From IMG/VR virus record IMGVR_UViG_3300036819_000070: a stretch of DNA of 30,092 nucleotides; one strand, 5' to 3'. Of this stretch, positions 16,451-24,754 are shown one piece after another (positions within the stretch are counted from its first letter, which is position 1; each line of letters starts with the position of its first letter). This DNA is from a virus. Taxonomy: Duplodnaviria; Heunggongvirae; Uroviricota; Caudoviricetes. The translations under genes were made by a program, and so were the position numbers. A model generated the notes under the pieces. That model was not told the DNA's origin, searched no databases, and saw only the letters and a list, made by a program, of their open reading frames with translations.

Positions 16451-17875
16451 TCAGAAGACCGGTGCGACGAATCCTGTGCCCCCGATAGACGAGTTAGCGT
16501 TGGGATACCGGCGGAAGGAGTAAGCGAAGTACCCATACAGGACTAAGAGCACCCCAAGGGCAGCCGCAGCCGGCTGCTCGCACCGAAGAAATACCGGAGC
16601 TGCGGGGTCCTCCCACAGGTGGCACTCTTGTGTGGCAACCACAAACATTTGATCCTGGTTGGTGCCGCCACCGAGGTTGGTGGCAATGTTGTTATCGGCG
16701 ATAGCCACCATTCCATTGGGCAGCACACCACGTGCACCGTGGCCGTAAACGGCCGCGATGTTCTCACCGGCGGCGGTGCCACCAATGCCGGGTTGGCCGA
16801 ACATCGGCCACTGCGAGGTAAGCTGAGCGCTCAACCAGTACCAGCGCCGGCTGTGCATGATGACAGCATTCGGCTGAGCGAAGCCCAATAGGGCCGACTC
16901 GGAGGCCGACGCGCCTTGCAGCAATTTCGGCCACATCGCTTCACCAGAAGGACTGGAATCGGTGTAAACGATGGCGTTAGCGACTGCGGAAAGGCCCGTA
17001 GTGGACTGGTTGATAAGGGTGGAATCGATATCGGTAGCGTAACGCCGGAAAAGGTCGTCCATGACGACTTCTTCGATTCCGGTACCACGCTCAATCGCTT
17101 GCCGGGAAACGGTCTGCTGACCAGCGGCGACCTGCACGTTTTCGGTCAACAGGGTGTCGGCCATGTCCTGCCCAGCCACCGCAGTGTTTTCCGCTGCCTG
17201 CAAAGCAACAGAAGACGGAGTGGTGATCCGGGAGATGTTGATGGTCATACCATCGGACGGCAGATCGTGATGGTTGCAGCAGTCAGCGAAAGGACGCATC
17301 GCGGCCACAGCCGGTGCGTACATATCGGTCAAATACTGCGGTACCGTCAATCCGGTGAATTGCGGAGTACCGACACCGACGTTGGTCCGGGTCAAATACT
17401 GGCCGCGCTCCACCATTTCCTCGGACATGTGCCGGGCAAGCCGGTCTCTGGCGTCCGGGTCACCCAGGTACTGCTTCACCGCGTCCCGCATGAACTGGGT
17501 GCCCTTGCGGTCATTACCGGGGTGGTATTGGCGTTCCTCGGCGCCCACGCGGGTCACTTCGTCGTACGCGGGCTTACGCACACCGGTGGGCTTCACCTCA
17601 CGGCTGAGCCGCTGGCTTTCGACCTCTTCGGCTTTCACTCGTTGGGCATCACTGAGCCGAGCCTCAATGGTCTTCATTTTCCCGCGAGCGTCCTTGCGGA
17701 TACCGACCAGGGTGCGGACGTGCTTGTCCTCATCAGCGGTGAGGTTCACCCGACCGGCGATTTCAGCCATTTCGGTGATCGCCTCGATCCCGGCCGTGGC
17801 GTCGTCTCGGCTCTTACGTTGGATAGCGAGATCAGCCTCGATCCCGTCGATCATTTCGTCAATAGTCGCCGGCAT
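16451..17875 (-). CDS. major capsid protein (HK97 fold) with N-terminal coiled-coil scaffold (delta) domain
   Basis: Start reassigned to ATG 17875 (RBS GAAAGGAAA), 474 aa. Charged helical N-terminus; VPQYLTD, TINISRIT, AENTAV, AGQQTVSRQAIER, ADNNIAT, LYGYFA motifs. Confidence 0.9.
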   Translation of the reverse strand: MPATIDEMIDGIEADLAIQRKSRDDATAGIEAITEMAEIAGRVNLTADEDKHVRTLVGIRKDARGKMKTIEARLSDAQRVKAEEVESQRLSREVKPTGVRKPAYDEVTRVGAEERQYHPGNDRKGTQFMRDAVKQYLGDPDARDRLARHMSEEMVERGQYLTRTNVGVGTPQFTGLTVPQYLTDMYAPAVAAMRPFADCCNHHDLPSDGMTINISRITTPSSVALQAAENTAVAGQDMADTLLTENVQVAAGQQTVSRQAIERGTGIEEVVMDDLFRRYATDIDSTLINQSTTGLSAVANAIVYTDSSPSGEAMWPKLLQGASASESALLGFAQPNAVIMHSRRWYWLSAQLTSQWPMFGQPGIGGTAAGENIAAVYGHGARGVLPNGMVAIADNNIATNLGGGTNQDQMFVVATQECHLWEDPAAPVFLRCEQPAAAALGVLLVLYGYFAYSFRRYPNANSSIGGTGFVAPVF

Positions 17876-17963
17876 GGCGGTTTCCTTTCGTTTCATGTGA
17901 AGAAGTGACCGCCGTGCGACCGAGGCAATCCGGTCCGCAGTGAGGGCCTTAAAAGGTGATTGG

Positions 17964-18818
17964 TTATTCGTCGTCGGCGAGGACGATCGTCCGCACCAAA
18001 TTGATAGAGCGGCCCATGGGAACTTCGACGGGGGGCGCTTCGTCGGCAACGGACCGCTGAGGTGCCCGCTGTTGGTTCCCACCGTTGCCACCGCTGGTGG
18101 AATCGAGCCGATCCTGCAAATGACGCATCGCGGCACGGGCCGCACCGATCGGCAACCGGTCTACTTCGTCCATGACCCGACGGGCTCTGGCCGCAATGCT
18201 GGTAGTCGGGTTCGCGCCATAGTTCACGGCCGACACATCACCGCACTGCAAGTCCAACTGGAGCATGGTGAACTGGGTGAAGTCCTCGTTCCATTCGCCC
18301 TCTTCCAACATCGCAGCGAAGCTCATTTGGTCGACGCTGCGGTCGTTGATGGCGATGGCGAGGTCGCTGACGTCGGTGCGCGCCGGATTGAGCCACGCGT
18401 CAGTGATAAGCCCTTCCGGGCCCGCCGATAGGGTCAGCGTCCCGTTCGTTGTCCGGGCCATTGTCAGGCCCGTGTGATTGACCAGGAATGCGACGTCGGG
18501 CTTCCGCGCCAGCGAGTTATTGAACGCCGTCGAGGACACCTTTTCCGTGTATGGGCCAAACATATCCCACATTTCATAAGGTGTTTCCGTAGTTGATGCG
18601 ACGCCCGAAAGGTGATGCCATTCCTTGGAGTCATCGGGGCTACCTGCACGCTTTTCCATGGTGGCGCGGAGCACCGCCGGAAACGTCATACGGCGGACCG
18701 GCCCAACGTCTAAGGGCGGTGCGCAGCGTGACCGGCGAATGCCCTCGGGACTGGTGTCCTCGACCGCTTCGCGGCGCGCCCGCGACGCCTGTTCCCGAGC
18801 CACTTCGATGTCGATCAT
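17964..18818 (-). CDS. HK97-family prohead (capsid maturation) protease
   Basis: 284 aa; LSGVAST..PYEM, VAFLVNH (catalytic His), GTLTL...GL, DQMSF (catalytic Ser), DVSAVNYGANPTT. Confidence 0.9.
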   Translation of the reverse strand: MIDIEVAREQASRARREAVEDTSPEGIRRSRCAPPLDVGPVRRMTFPAVLRATMEKRAGSPDDSKEWHHLSGVASTTETPYEMWDMFGPYTEKVSSTAFNNSLARKPDVAFLVNHTGLTMARTTNGTLTLSAGPEGLITDAWLNPARTDVSDLAIAINDRSVDQMSFAAMLEEGEWNEDFTQFTMLQLDLQCGDVSAVNYGANPTTSIAARARRVMDEVDRLPIGAARAAMRHLQDRLDSTSGGNGGNQQRAPQRSVADEAPPVEVPMGRSINLVRTIVLADDE

Positions 18819-18847
18819 TCATACGCTCCTAAAGCGGTTATCGGGAT

Positions 18848-19246
18848 TCAGAACCCACTCGGGGTCTTCGGCGCACCGGTGCTGTTATTGGCCGGGGTGG
18901 TTGCGTCGGCGTTGGCGTCCCAACCGTTTTCGTTGCCGCCCATGGGCTCGAAGTCGCCACCATCACCAGCGGCTTTCTCGACCTCAATCTCGTTCTTGGC
19001 CTTTTCTTCCTTTTCGAAGAAAGACTCGGTGTCTTTGGCCTTTTCGGTGACGTCCTTGGGGTCTTTGTCTTCCGGGTTCTTGGACTTACTAGGGGCGTCC
19101 GGCACGTTGTCGGCGCGCGTGAGCGGCCGGAAGGCCCCAGAAAGGGCTTGTGCCCGAGTGGTGGTCACCGGGATAGCAGCTGCACCACGCGCCTCGCCGC
19201 CTTGCACAGCCGTACGGAACGCGGACCGTCGAGCGTTGTCACTCAT
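18848..19246 (-). CDS. hypothetical protein with basic N-terminus and acidic disordered tail
   Basis: RBS AAGGAG 8 nt before ATG 19246 (MSDNARR...); K/E/D-rich low-complexity C-terminal half. Confidence 0.65.
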   Translation of the reverse strand: MSDNARRSAFRTAVQGGEARGAAAIPVTTTRAQALSGAFRPLTRADNVPDAPSKSKNPEDKDPKDVTEKAKDTESFFEKEEKAKNEIEVEKAAGDGGDFEPMGGNENGWDANADATTPANNSTGAPKTPSGF

Positions 19247-19306
19247 ATTCATTGCTCCTTATTTGGGCATAGGTCGCCCCAGGAAGGGACTACCTGATTG
19301 AGGTGC

Positions 19307-19315
19307 TGCTAAGCT
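19307..19315 (+). promoter_or_regulatory. putative extended -10 promoter for the tRNA-Gln pair
   Basis: TGC-TAAGCT (TGn + TAnnnT) about 40 nt upstream of tRNA-Gln(CTG); no clear -35. Confidence 0.4.
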
Positions 19316-19354
19316 GCCCAGCGTGTGCTTCCGACAGCAATCCCGGTGACTAAT

Positions 19355-19425
19355 TCCACCGTGGGGTAATGGCAGCCCACCGGCCTCTGGTGCCGGTTAT
19401 CCAAGTTCGAATCTTGGCGGTGGAG
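19355..19425 (+). tRNA. tRNA-Gln(CTG)
   Basis: Cloverleaf: acceptor TCCACCG/CGGTGGA, D-arm GGGT-AATGGCA-GCCC, anticodon arm CCGGC-CTCTGGT-GCCGG, T-arm CCAAG-TTCGAAT-CTTGG, discriminator G; no encoded CCA. Confidence 0.95.
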
Positions 19426-19429
19426 CTAA

Positions 19430-19500
19430 TCCCCCGTGGTGCAATGGCAGCACAACGGATTTTGGTTCCGTGGATTCAGGTTCGAGTCCTGGCGGGGGAG
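19430..19500 (+). tRNA. tRNA-Gln(TTG)
   Basis: Cloverleaf: acceptor TCCCCCG/CGGGGGA, D-arm GTGC-AATGGCA-GCAC, anticodon arm ACGGA-TTTTGGT-TCCGT, T-arm TCAGG-TTCGAGT-CCTGG, discriminator G; no encoded CCA. Confidence 0.95.
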
Positions 19501-20715
19501 CTACACACCGGGGGTGAGGGGTTGCGCCGTCGGTGATCGCGACGGCGGCTTCGGTGGCCAGAACCGGTCGAACTCGTCCTTTTGCGAGTCGGTCAGCGGC
19601 GGCAAGTCATCGATCAACCGGGCTTCGGACAGTGCGAGTACCCGGCCAGCTACGCGAAGGTTGATTGCTTCGGCGCGGGTCATTGGGTCCATTCGCAGCA
19701 ACGCGTCAGGGTTGAGTTTCACGAATTGTTGCGCGGGCAGTAGTTTGTTTAGCGCGTTCTCGCGCCGGATCATCGCCGGCCCGAGCGACATGGTCAAAAA
19801 TTGGAGGTTTCTTTGCGTGACGTTCGCGTAGGTCACGGCGCTACCGGATATCGCTGAGTCGATTAAGTCGGCGGGGCAGTCGAGGAATCGGGAGATGTCC
19901 GTCGGCCCGAGCTTGCGGGCCTCGATCCATTCCATTCCGGTTTGCTCGGCCTGGATCATCTGGTAGTTCCAGTCCTTACCGGTGACTAATGCGTCACCGC
20001 TATGGACGGATTCTTTCAGGCGGGATTTGATCGCCTGCGCTTGCGTGTCGGAGATCGTGGCTTGCATGTTGTTCTGGAGGTGACTGCGCGGGATGCCGCC
20101 GCTGGTAAACCAGCTGATCGCAAAGTCCTGAATGCTCAAATGCTCACTGATGCACCAGGCCGCATACATAATCGGTGACAGCCCTAAGTGGAAGCCAGAG
20201 ACTGTGTATTGTTTTTCGTGCCAGATCTTCGACGGCGCGTACGGCTTACCTCGGATGAAGTATTCGATCAGTTTGTTGTCGATGACGTTGACGCTGACCC
20301 ATGCCAGAGGCACCAGTTCGATACACGCCGGCAATCCCCAGCCGTTGATCGCGGTGATAATCCCAATAGAGTTACCAGCACGATCTAGGTCAAATTGCGT
20401 GCTGAACATCCACTCCATGTAATCGCATTCGACACCGCCTGGCGACACAATAATCGGTGGCTTCGCGATCTCAATATGAGGCATGCCGTACTGAGGTTTG
20501 CGGAATACGTCGATAGGAAACGTGGAGATCAGATTGGCACGTAACCGTAAACACGCCCACACCGCCGAATGCCGCAGAGCCGACTCATTGTTAATCATGT
20601 GGCCGGGCTGCAATTGCATATTCATGCGGTGCGGAATCACATCGGCCGCGAGCCCACCGGGGAACTCGCCCCAGTACGGTCCCATAATGTTAGCTGTACG
20701 GAATAGGAGGCTCAC
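19501..20715 (-). CDS. portal protein (HK97 family)
   Basis: 404 aa; SAVWACLRLRANLISTFPIDVF, GLSPI, ISRFLDCPADLI, YANVTQRNLQF, EARLIDDLPP. Confidence 0.93.
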   Translation of the reverse strand: MSLLFRTANIMGPYWGEFPGGLAADVIPHRMNMQLQPGHMINNESALRHSAVWACLRLRANLISTFPIDVFRKPQYGMPHIEIAKPPIIVSPGGVECDYMEWMFSTQFDLDRAGNSIGIITAINGWGLPACIELVPLAWVSVNVIDNKLIEYFIRGKPYAPSKIWHEKQYTVSGFHLGLSPIMYAAWCISEHLSIQDFAISWFTSGGIPRSHLQNNMQATISDTQAQAIKSRLKESVHSGDALVTGKDWNYQMIQAEQTGMEWIEARKLGPTDISRFLDCPADLIDSAISGSAVTYANVTQRNLQFLTMSLGPAMIRRENALNKLLPAQQFVKLNPDALLRMDPMTRAEAINLRVAGRVLALSEARLIDDLPPLTDSQKDEFDRFWPPKPPSRSPTAQPLTPGV

Positions 20716-20734
20716 TGCTATTTACCTCCCCGTC

Positions 20735-20962
20735 CTATTGTTGTTTAGGTGGTGCGTGCATAGCTCGCTGCCGAGTCGCAGCCAGGGTCGCGAAACCCAA
20801 CAGGCACACACCCGAAATGGTCAGCAGCCCGGCTAAACCGAACCAGCACGCCGCGACGACCCCAAGACCTAACGACACGAGCAACATTCCCAGGGTTTCC
20901 AGTGCCACGATGAGAAGCTCCTGCACGAACCTCAACGGATTGATTCCAACACGTCGTAACAC
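20735..20962 (-). CDS. small membrane protein between terL and portal
   Basis: Two hydrophobic segments; position common in actinophages; start uncertain (GTG 20926 possible). Confidence 0.65.
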   Translation of the reverse strand: MLRRVGINPLRFVQELLIVALETLGMLLVSLGLGVVAACWFGLAGLLTISGVCLLGFATLAATRQRAMHAPPKQQ

Positions 20963-22398
20963 TCCGCTCCGTAAACCGCGAGGCCGTGTATCGCGAGCGC
21001 GGCGACCATCAGCGGTGAAATGTCCTGCTCAGATCGGCGCCGGCCGAAAGCCCAGCCACCGTCACCGATATCCCTCTTTTTCGCGGCCCTAATCGCTTCG
21101 TCTAAAGACAACTGCCCGATGTGCCGTAACTTGTCACGATCCGATGTGGTCGCAGCGGCGAGCATCCCCCCGCACGCCTGCGACAGTTCCCGACCGTTGA
21201 CCAGCTTCGGTTCGATACCCGCTTCGGCCAGGTCGGTGACTAGAGCTCCAGCTGGCCCGGCCGCGTCGAGGATCCACGCGATCGGACCCCACTCGGCTTC
21301 CAGCTCGACAACGCGGGGCACCATCCAGTCGACGCCGGCACGGTGGTCAAGCTGCCCGTCGCGGCCGGTGATCTCGAAGTGGGGAATCCCGTCGTCGCGG
21401 TACCCGGCGACACCGATACAACCACTGAGCAGGTCCGGTGACGCGTCGAGGGCGAACACCATCGGGGCGCCACGGATTCGGGAATCCGGATCGAGTAGCC
21501 GCGTCCACAACACCGGGTCGATCAGGGGTGCGCCACGCGGGTCATCCCAAATGCCCAGGACTTCTCTCGCATATTCGATTTCGTCCATGGAGCGTTGCGC
21601 GAGTACCAGCGTTTCTCGAGAGATTCGGATACCGAGCGCCGGGTTAGCTTGCGCCAGCACCATAGGGTCGGTGGCCGCCGCTTCCGGGTTCGCCCGGTAA
21701 TGCTCCTCGTCGGCGCTCCACTCGTAATACGCTAAACCGGGATCGCGATCCATTCCACGTTGCCGGATCCGGCGCAACGCGTGCGACGCGGGCTTGCCGG
21801 CAGAACTGAGATACCACAATTGCCAGTTGGGCCTAGCGAAAAGAATCGGCATCAGCGCGCCCACGTGATCCGTGGCGAGCGCGAACGCTTCATCGAAAAA
21901 CACCATATCGCCCGACCAGCCACGGGCCGACGAACCGGACCTGGCCACGAAGTCAATACGGGCCCGCGATTTCAGTTCGATGGACTGTTCTTCGTTGCTG
22001 ATCCGGATCTGTTTGACTTCCCGATCCAAATCAGGTTTCGACTCGATGAGCTGCTGGATCCGTTCCCGCATTTTCCGGGACGTCGCCATAAGGTGCGCCG
22101 TGTAAACGATCTTGAGGTGACTGAGGTAAATCGCGGCGAGCGAAGCGACCTCGACGATAACGGTCTTACCGTTCTGGCGCGGTACCACAAGGCCCACTTC
22201 GGGGGCGCTGAATCGTCCGCTCACGGTTTGACCGAGTGCACCCCGCAGAACACGACGCTGCCACGGATCAAGGGGCATCCCCACCATTTCGGCGAGGTCG
22301 ATCGCTTCGTCACCGGCGCTAATCTCCCACGGCGGGACTGACTCGATCCGAGGTATCTGGGACCCGACTGGTTTCGATCCGGCGAGCCCTGAGTTCAT
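20932..22398 (-). CDS. terL: terminase large subunit
   Basis: Start reassigned to ATG 22398 (RBS GGAG). GSQIPR and LDPWQ N-terminus, Walker A VPRQNGKT, Walker B VFFDEA, coupling motif YLSSAG, nuclease FALDASP and DISPL. Confidence 0.93.
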   Translation of the reverse strand: MNSGLAGSKPVGSQIPRIESVPPWEISAGDEAIDLAEMVGMPLDPWQRRVLRGALGQTVSGRFSAPEVGLVVPRQNGKTVIVEVASLAAIYLSHLKIVYTAHLMATSRKMRERIQQLIESKPDLDREVKQIRISNEEQSIELKSRARIDFVARSGSSARGWSGDMVFFDEAFALATDHVGALMPILFARPNWQLWYLSSAGKPASHALRRIRQRGMDRDPGLAYYEWSADEEHYRANPEAAATDPMVLAQANPALGIRISRETLVLAQRSMDEIEYAREVLGIWDDPRGAPLIDPVLWTRLLDPDSRIRGAPMVFALDASPDLLSGCIGVAGYRDDGIPHFEITGRDGQLDHRAGVDWMVPRVVELEAEWGPIAWILDAAGPAGALVTDLAEAGIEPKLVNGRELSQACGGMLAAATTSDRDKLRHIGQLSLDEAIRAAKKRDIGDGGWAFGRRRSEQDISPLMVAALAIHGLAVYGAECYDVLESIR

Positions 22399-22639
22399 CC
22401 AGCTCGCTCCTGACCGGCTCGACGGGTGTAGGCGGTGCGGCCTTGTCTTCGCGGTAGGCGAGGCGGCGTAGCTCAGCGAGGACTCGTTGGACACCACCGC
22501 CGCTGGCTGAGTGGCCGGCGTCGAAGTTCCGGGCGTGTAGTCGACCGATCTCGATCAGCCCACATTCCCGGGCTTGGAGATCTTCCGACAATTGCCGGAC
22601 TTGCTTATTAAAAGCGAGTAGCGTGGTGCGACTACTCAT
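22319..22639 (-). CDS. terS: terminase small subunit
   Basis: ATG 22639 with RBS GGGGGT; helical protein with C-terminal LDELRARR motif typical of actinophage TerS; overlaps the terL start. Confidence 0.7.
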   Translation of the reverse strand: MSSRTTLLAFNKQVRQLSEDLQARECGLIEIGRLHARNFDAGHSASGGGVQRVLAELRRLAYREDKAAPPTPVEPVRSELDELRARRIETSRVPDTSDRVSPAVGD

Positions 22640-22640
22640 G

Positions 22641-22730
22641 TCAGAACCCCCAATACAGCAGCCATCCGCATACGACAATCACGTACACACAGTGAATGTC
22701 GACGGTGAGCCACGCTCTTAATCTGTTCAT
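22641..22730 (-). CDS. 29-aa hydrophobic micro-protein
   Basis: Manual translation MNRLRAWLTVDIHCVYVIVVCGWLLYWGF; joined to both neighbours by identical TGACATG junctions. Confidence 0.45.
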   Translation of the reverse strand: MNRLRAWLTVDIHCVYVIVVCGWLLYWGF

Positions 22731-22731
22731 G

Positions 22732-22887
22732 TCACCAGTAGTGTCGGCGGTTGCCGATGCTGTGCCCCGTTAAGGGCAGCAACTCTAGAATCACACCGAT
22801 CACCACGAGAATGATTCCGAGAATGTATAGCAGGTGAATCGGGACTAACCAGCCGAGCACTAAAAGAATCAAACCGAGCACAATCAC
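22732..22887 (-). CDS. small two-TM membrane protein (DUF6131-like)
   Basis: Manual translation MIVLGLILLVLGWLVPIHLLYILGIILVVIGVILELLPLTGHSIGNRRHYW; RBS GAGGGGG; matches the actinobacterial MIxLG...GRRH(Y/W)W family pattern. Confidence 0.8.
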   Translation of the reverse strand: MIVLGLILLVLGWLVPIHLLYILGIILVVIGVILELLPLTGHSIGNRRHYW

Positions 22888-22904
22888 GGCATCCCCCTCA
22901 ACGA

Positions 22905-22947
22905 GTACAAAAGGGTCCGACCGGCGTTTGGCACCGGTCGGACACCC
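22905..22947 (-). terminator. putative intrinsic terminator
   Basis: Minus strand GGGTGTCCGACCGG-loop-CCGGTCGGACCC followed by TTTTGT. Confidence 0.55.
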
Positions 22948-22952
22948 ACCAC

Positions 22953-22998
22953 CCGTGTCACACGCGGTGTGACACGGTGTGTTCTGACGTGATAAGTT
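22953..22998 (+). promoter_or_regulatory. putative promoter with palindromic operator over the -35 box
   Basis: Perfect 11-bp inverted repeat CCGTGTCACAC-GCG-GTGTGACACGG (22953-22977) containing GTGACA (22969-22974); 18 bp spacer to TAAGTT (22993-22998), which is preceded by TG-A. Confidence 0.55.
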
Positions 22999-23004
22999 GC
23001 GCCC

Positions 23005-23172
23005 CGCCGGTGGGGCCCCGAACCCGCAGCGGTCGACGTCACTAGCGAGTCACTAGCGAGCGATCACTGCGGTGACCCCCTCGGGCTCCGGGTCCTTGGG
23101 GCCCTGCCGGCGCGCAAGACGCGGTGCGCCTTCGGGCCGGGGCTTCAATGCCACGGGCGCACCGCGTTGCCC
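23005..23172 (+). ncRNA. candidate structured 5' leader / cis-regulatory RNA
   Basis: Nested helices 23005-10/23107-12, 23013-19/23098-104 and 23022-26/23089-93; second hairpin with 12-bp perfect stem 23119-30/23156-67; 11-nt tandem repeat GTCACTAGCGA at 23038 and 23049. Confidence 0.4.
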
Positions 23173-23190
23173 GTGAGGAGGGGACCGGTA

Positions 23191-23490
23191 GTGCTGCTGC
23201 TGCTCGAACTGATGCCCGCCGCGAGCGCCCTAACCGGCCTCGCGCTCGGTGCCGTGCTGGCTCGCCGGCCGCGCACACCGAAGCCCTACTGCACCTGCAC
23301 CCACGGCTACGGCACTCACGACCACGACCAGGGGGGCGCCTGTACAGCGCAGATCAAACGACCGAATCAGTGGGTCGGCACCGGCACAGTCAGCAGCTAC
23401 GAATGGGTGCCGTGCCCCTGCAAGCACTACGACGGGCCCGCGCCGCCCGCCCAAACCTTCGCCCCATACGTGCCGTGGCCACCGAAGTGA
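23191..23490 (+). CDS. membrane-anchored Cys/His (Zn-binding?) protein
   Basis: RBS AGGAGG before GTG 23191; N-terminal hydrophobic segment; CTCTH...C...CPC motif. Confidence 0.7.
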   Translation: MLLLLELMPAASALTGLALGAVLARRPRTPKPYCTCTHGYGTHDHDQGGACTAQIKRPNQWVGTGTVSSYEWVPCPCKHYDGPAPPAQTFAPYVPWPPK

Positions 23491-23786
23491 AACCCACCGG
23501 CCGCCTGGTGTGCAGCGTCGTCGCCCAGGGCAACGGCGGCATCGAAGCCCAGATCCGGGATTGCCGGCAGTGCTCAGCGCTGATCTGGGTCAGCAACGAA
23601 ATGGTGCCCGTTGTCGACACCGGGGAGCTACACACGATCTGCGAACCCTGTTTCGACAAAGAACTAGGCGTAGTTGATGCCATCCATCCACGGCAATTCG
23701 ACGCGTTCGTTAAGTACGGGCTGCTCGAAGCGGCCAGCCAATACATCGCCGAACAACGACAGAAGCGACGTCGGGGGACTAAATGA
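23487..23786 (+). CDS. small Zn-ribbon-like protein
   Basis: GTGA overlap at 23487; CRQC...CEPC pairs; 99 aa. Confidence 0.7.
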   Translation: MKPTGRLVCSVVAQGNGGIEAQIRDCRQCSALIWVSNEMVPVVDTGELHTICEPCFDKELGVVDAIHPRQFDAFVKYGLLEAASQYIAEQRQKRRRGTK

Positions 23787-24292
23787 CGATTCTGCAAGCG
23801 CTAACACCAATATACTTCGGGATCGGCCTGCTGTGGGTTATCCGCGAATGGCGACGCATGCTAGAAAGGCATGAGACCAGCTTAATGCCAGTGCCCGTGG
23901 TGTTACTCACCGGCACGTTGATATTCATTGTGGTTATGGCCACCTGGCCCGTGGCCGTCGTCTTTCGGCTCCAGTACTACATCATGTTCATCAGCCGATG
24001 GGTCCGCGACGGAATGATCCACCGAGGCATGCGGCGACTAACCCTGCAAATCATTGTGATATGCACCGTCAACGTGGCAGTGCAACTAACCATCGACGGC
24101 CTCCACGCTATCGCCACCACCATATGGGGATGGGCATTCGCGTACGTGGCAGCGAGAATGGGCTACAACTACGGCACCCCACGGGCGGTCCTTGGGCATT
24201 TCGAGGCGGTTCGTGTCGATGAAGACGGCACCCAAACACCGATCAGCGGCCGGCTCCTAGTCGACAGCGAACCACCGGTAGGGAAAAAATGA
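23783..24292 (+). CDS. multi-pass membrane protein
   Basis: ATGA overlap; about 4 hydrophobic segments. Confidence 0.7.
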   Translation: MTILQALTPIYFGIGLLWVIREWRRMLERHETSLMPVPVVLLTGTLIFIVVMATWPVAVVFRLQYYIMFISRWVRDGMIHRGMRRLTLQIIVICTVNVAVQLTIDGLHAIATTIWGWAFAYVAARMGYNYGTPRAVLGHFEAVRVDEDGTQTPISGRLLVDSEPPVGKK

Positions 24293-24561
24293 TCGCACCG
24301 AAACAAATGCGGCCGAACGCCAAATACTTACTGCTGTTCTTTCCGATCACCGTCATCGGTTTCACCGTGCCCATCATGGCCGTGAACTACGTCCACAACG
24401 CGACCATCGTTAACACCGTCCTCGGTGTCTCCTTCGTCGCCGTCAGCGGGATCTCCTACCTCCTCGGCCAACTCAGCGTCCTCGGTGAGCTACACCGACT
24501 ACGCGACCTCGCCGTACTAGCAGGTGAACTAGCCATAGAACGGTCAGAGAACAATGAATGA
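24289..24561 (+). CDS. two-TM membrane protein
   Basis: ATGA overlap; two hydrophobic segments. Confidence 0.7.
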   Translation: MIAPKQMRPNAKYLLLFFPITVIGFTVPIMAVNYVHNATIVNTVLGVSFVAVSGISYLLGQLSVLGELHRLRDLAVLAGELAIERSENNE

Positions 24562-24754
24562 CGAAGACGACGACGAAGAACTGATCACAGAACTGAGGGC
24601 GTTATTTGCCCTCTCGGACGCTGAGTTGATCGAAGCGATGATCCGCAAACGAGTCGACTGGACGTCGCTGTTCCTCACCCACCTCAGAGACCTAGGAACG
24701 CCCAGAGACCTAGCCATCGCCGACGCAATCGAACGCGGACTAAAATCGCAATGA
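24554..24754 (+). CDS. small acidic hypothetical protein
   Basis: 66 aa; overlaps both neighbours. Confidence 0.65.
   Translation: MNDEDDDEELITELRALFALSDAELIEAMIRKRVDWTSLFLTHLRDLGTPRDLAIADAIERGLKSQ

Noticed and set aside
16916-17908. 330-aa plus-strand ORF
   Set aside because: Antisense shadow of the major capsid gene in GC-rich DNA; no protein-like motifs.
17876-18145. 90-aa N-terminal extension of the capsid ORF (564 aa in the track)
   Set aside because: Overlaps the protease gene; strong RBS supports ATG 17875. Similar over-extensions were rejected for terL (22497), terS (22678), DUF1003 (27252) and 23124.
19355-19500. tRNA-Gln as a sign of TAG-to-Gln recoding (genetic code 15)
   Set aside because: Anticodons are CTG and TTG, not CTA; genes such as portal and 4305..5267 end cleanly at TAG and ORFs are intact in code 11.
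22953-22977. CRP/GlxR binding site
   Set aside because: Half-sites are in the opposite arrangement (TCACA-N5-TGTGA) to the CRP consensus TGTGA-N6-TCACA. A WhiA-type GACAC box is present but cannot be supported further.
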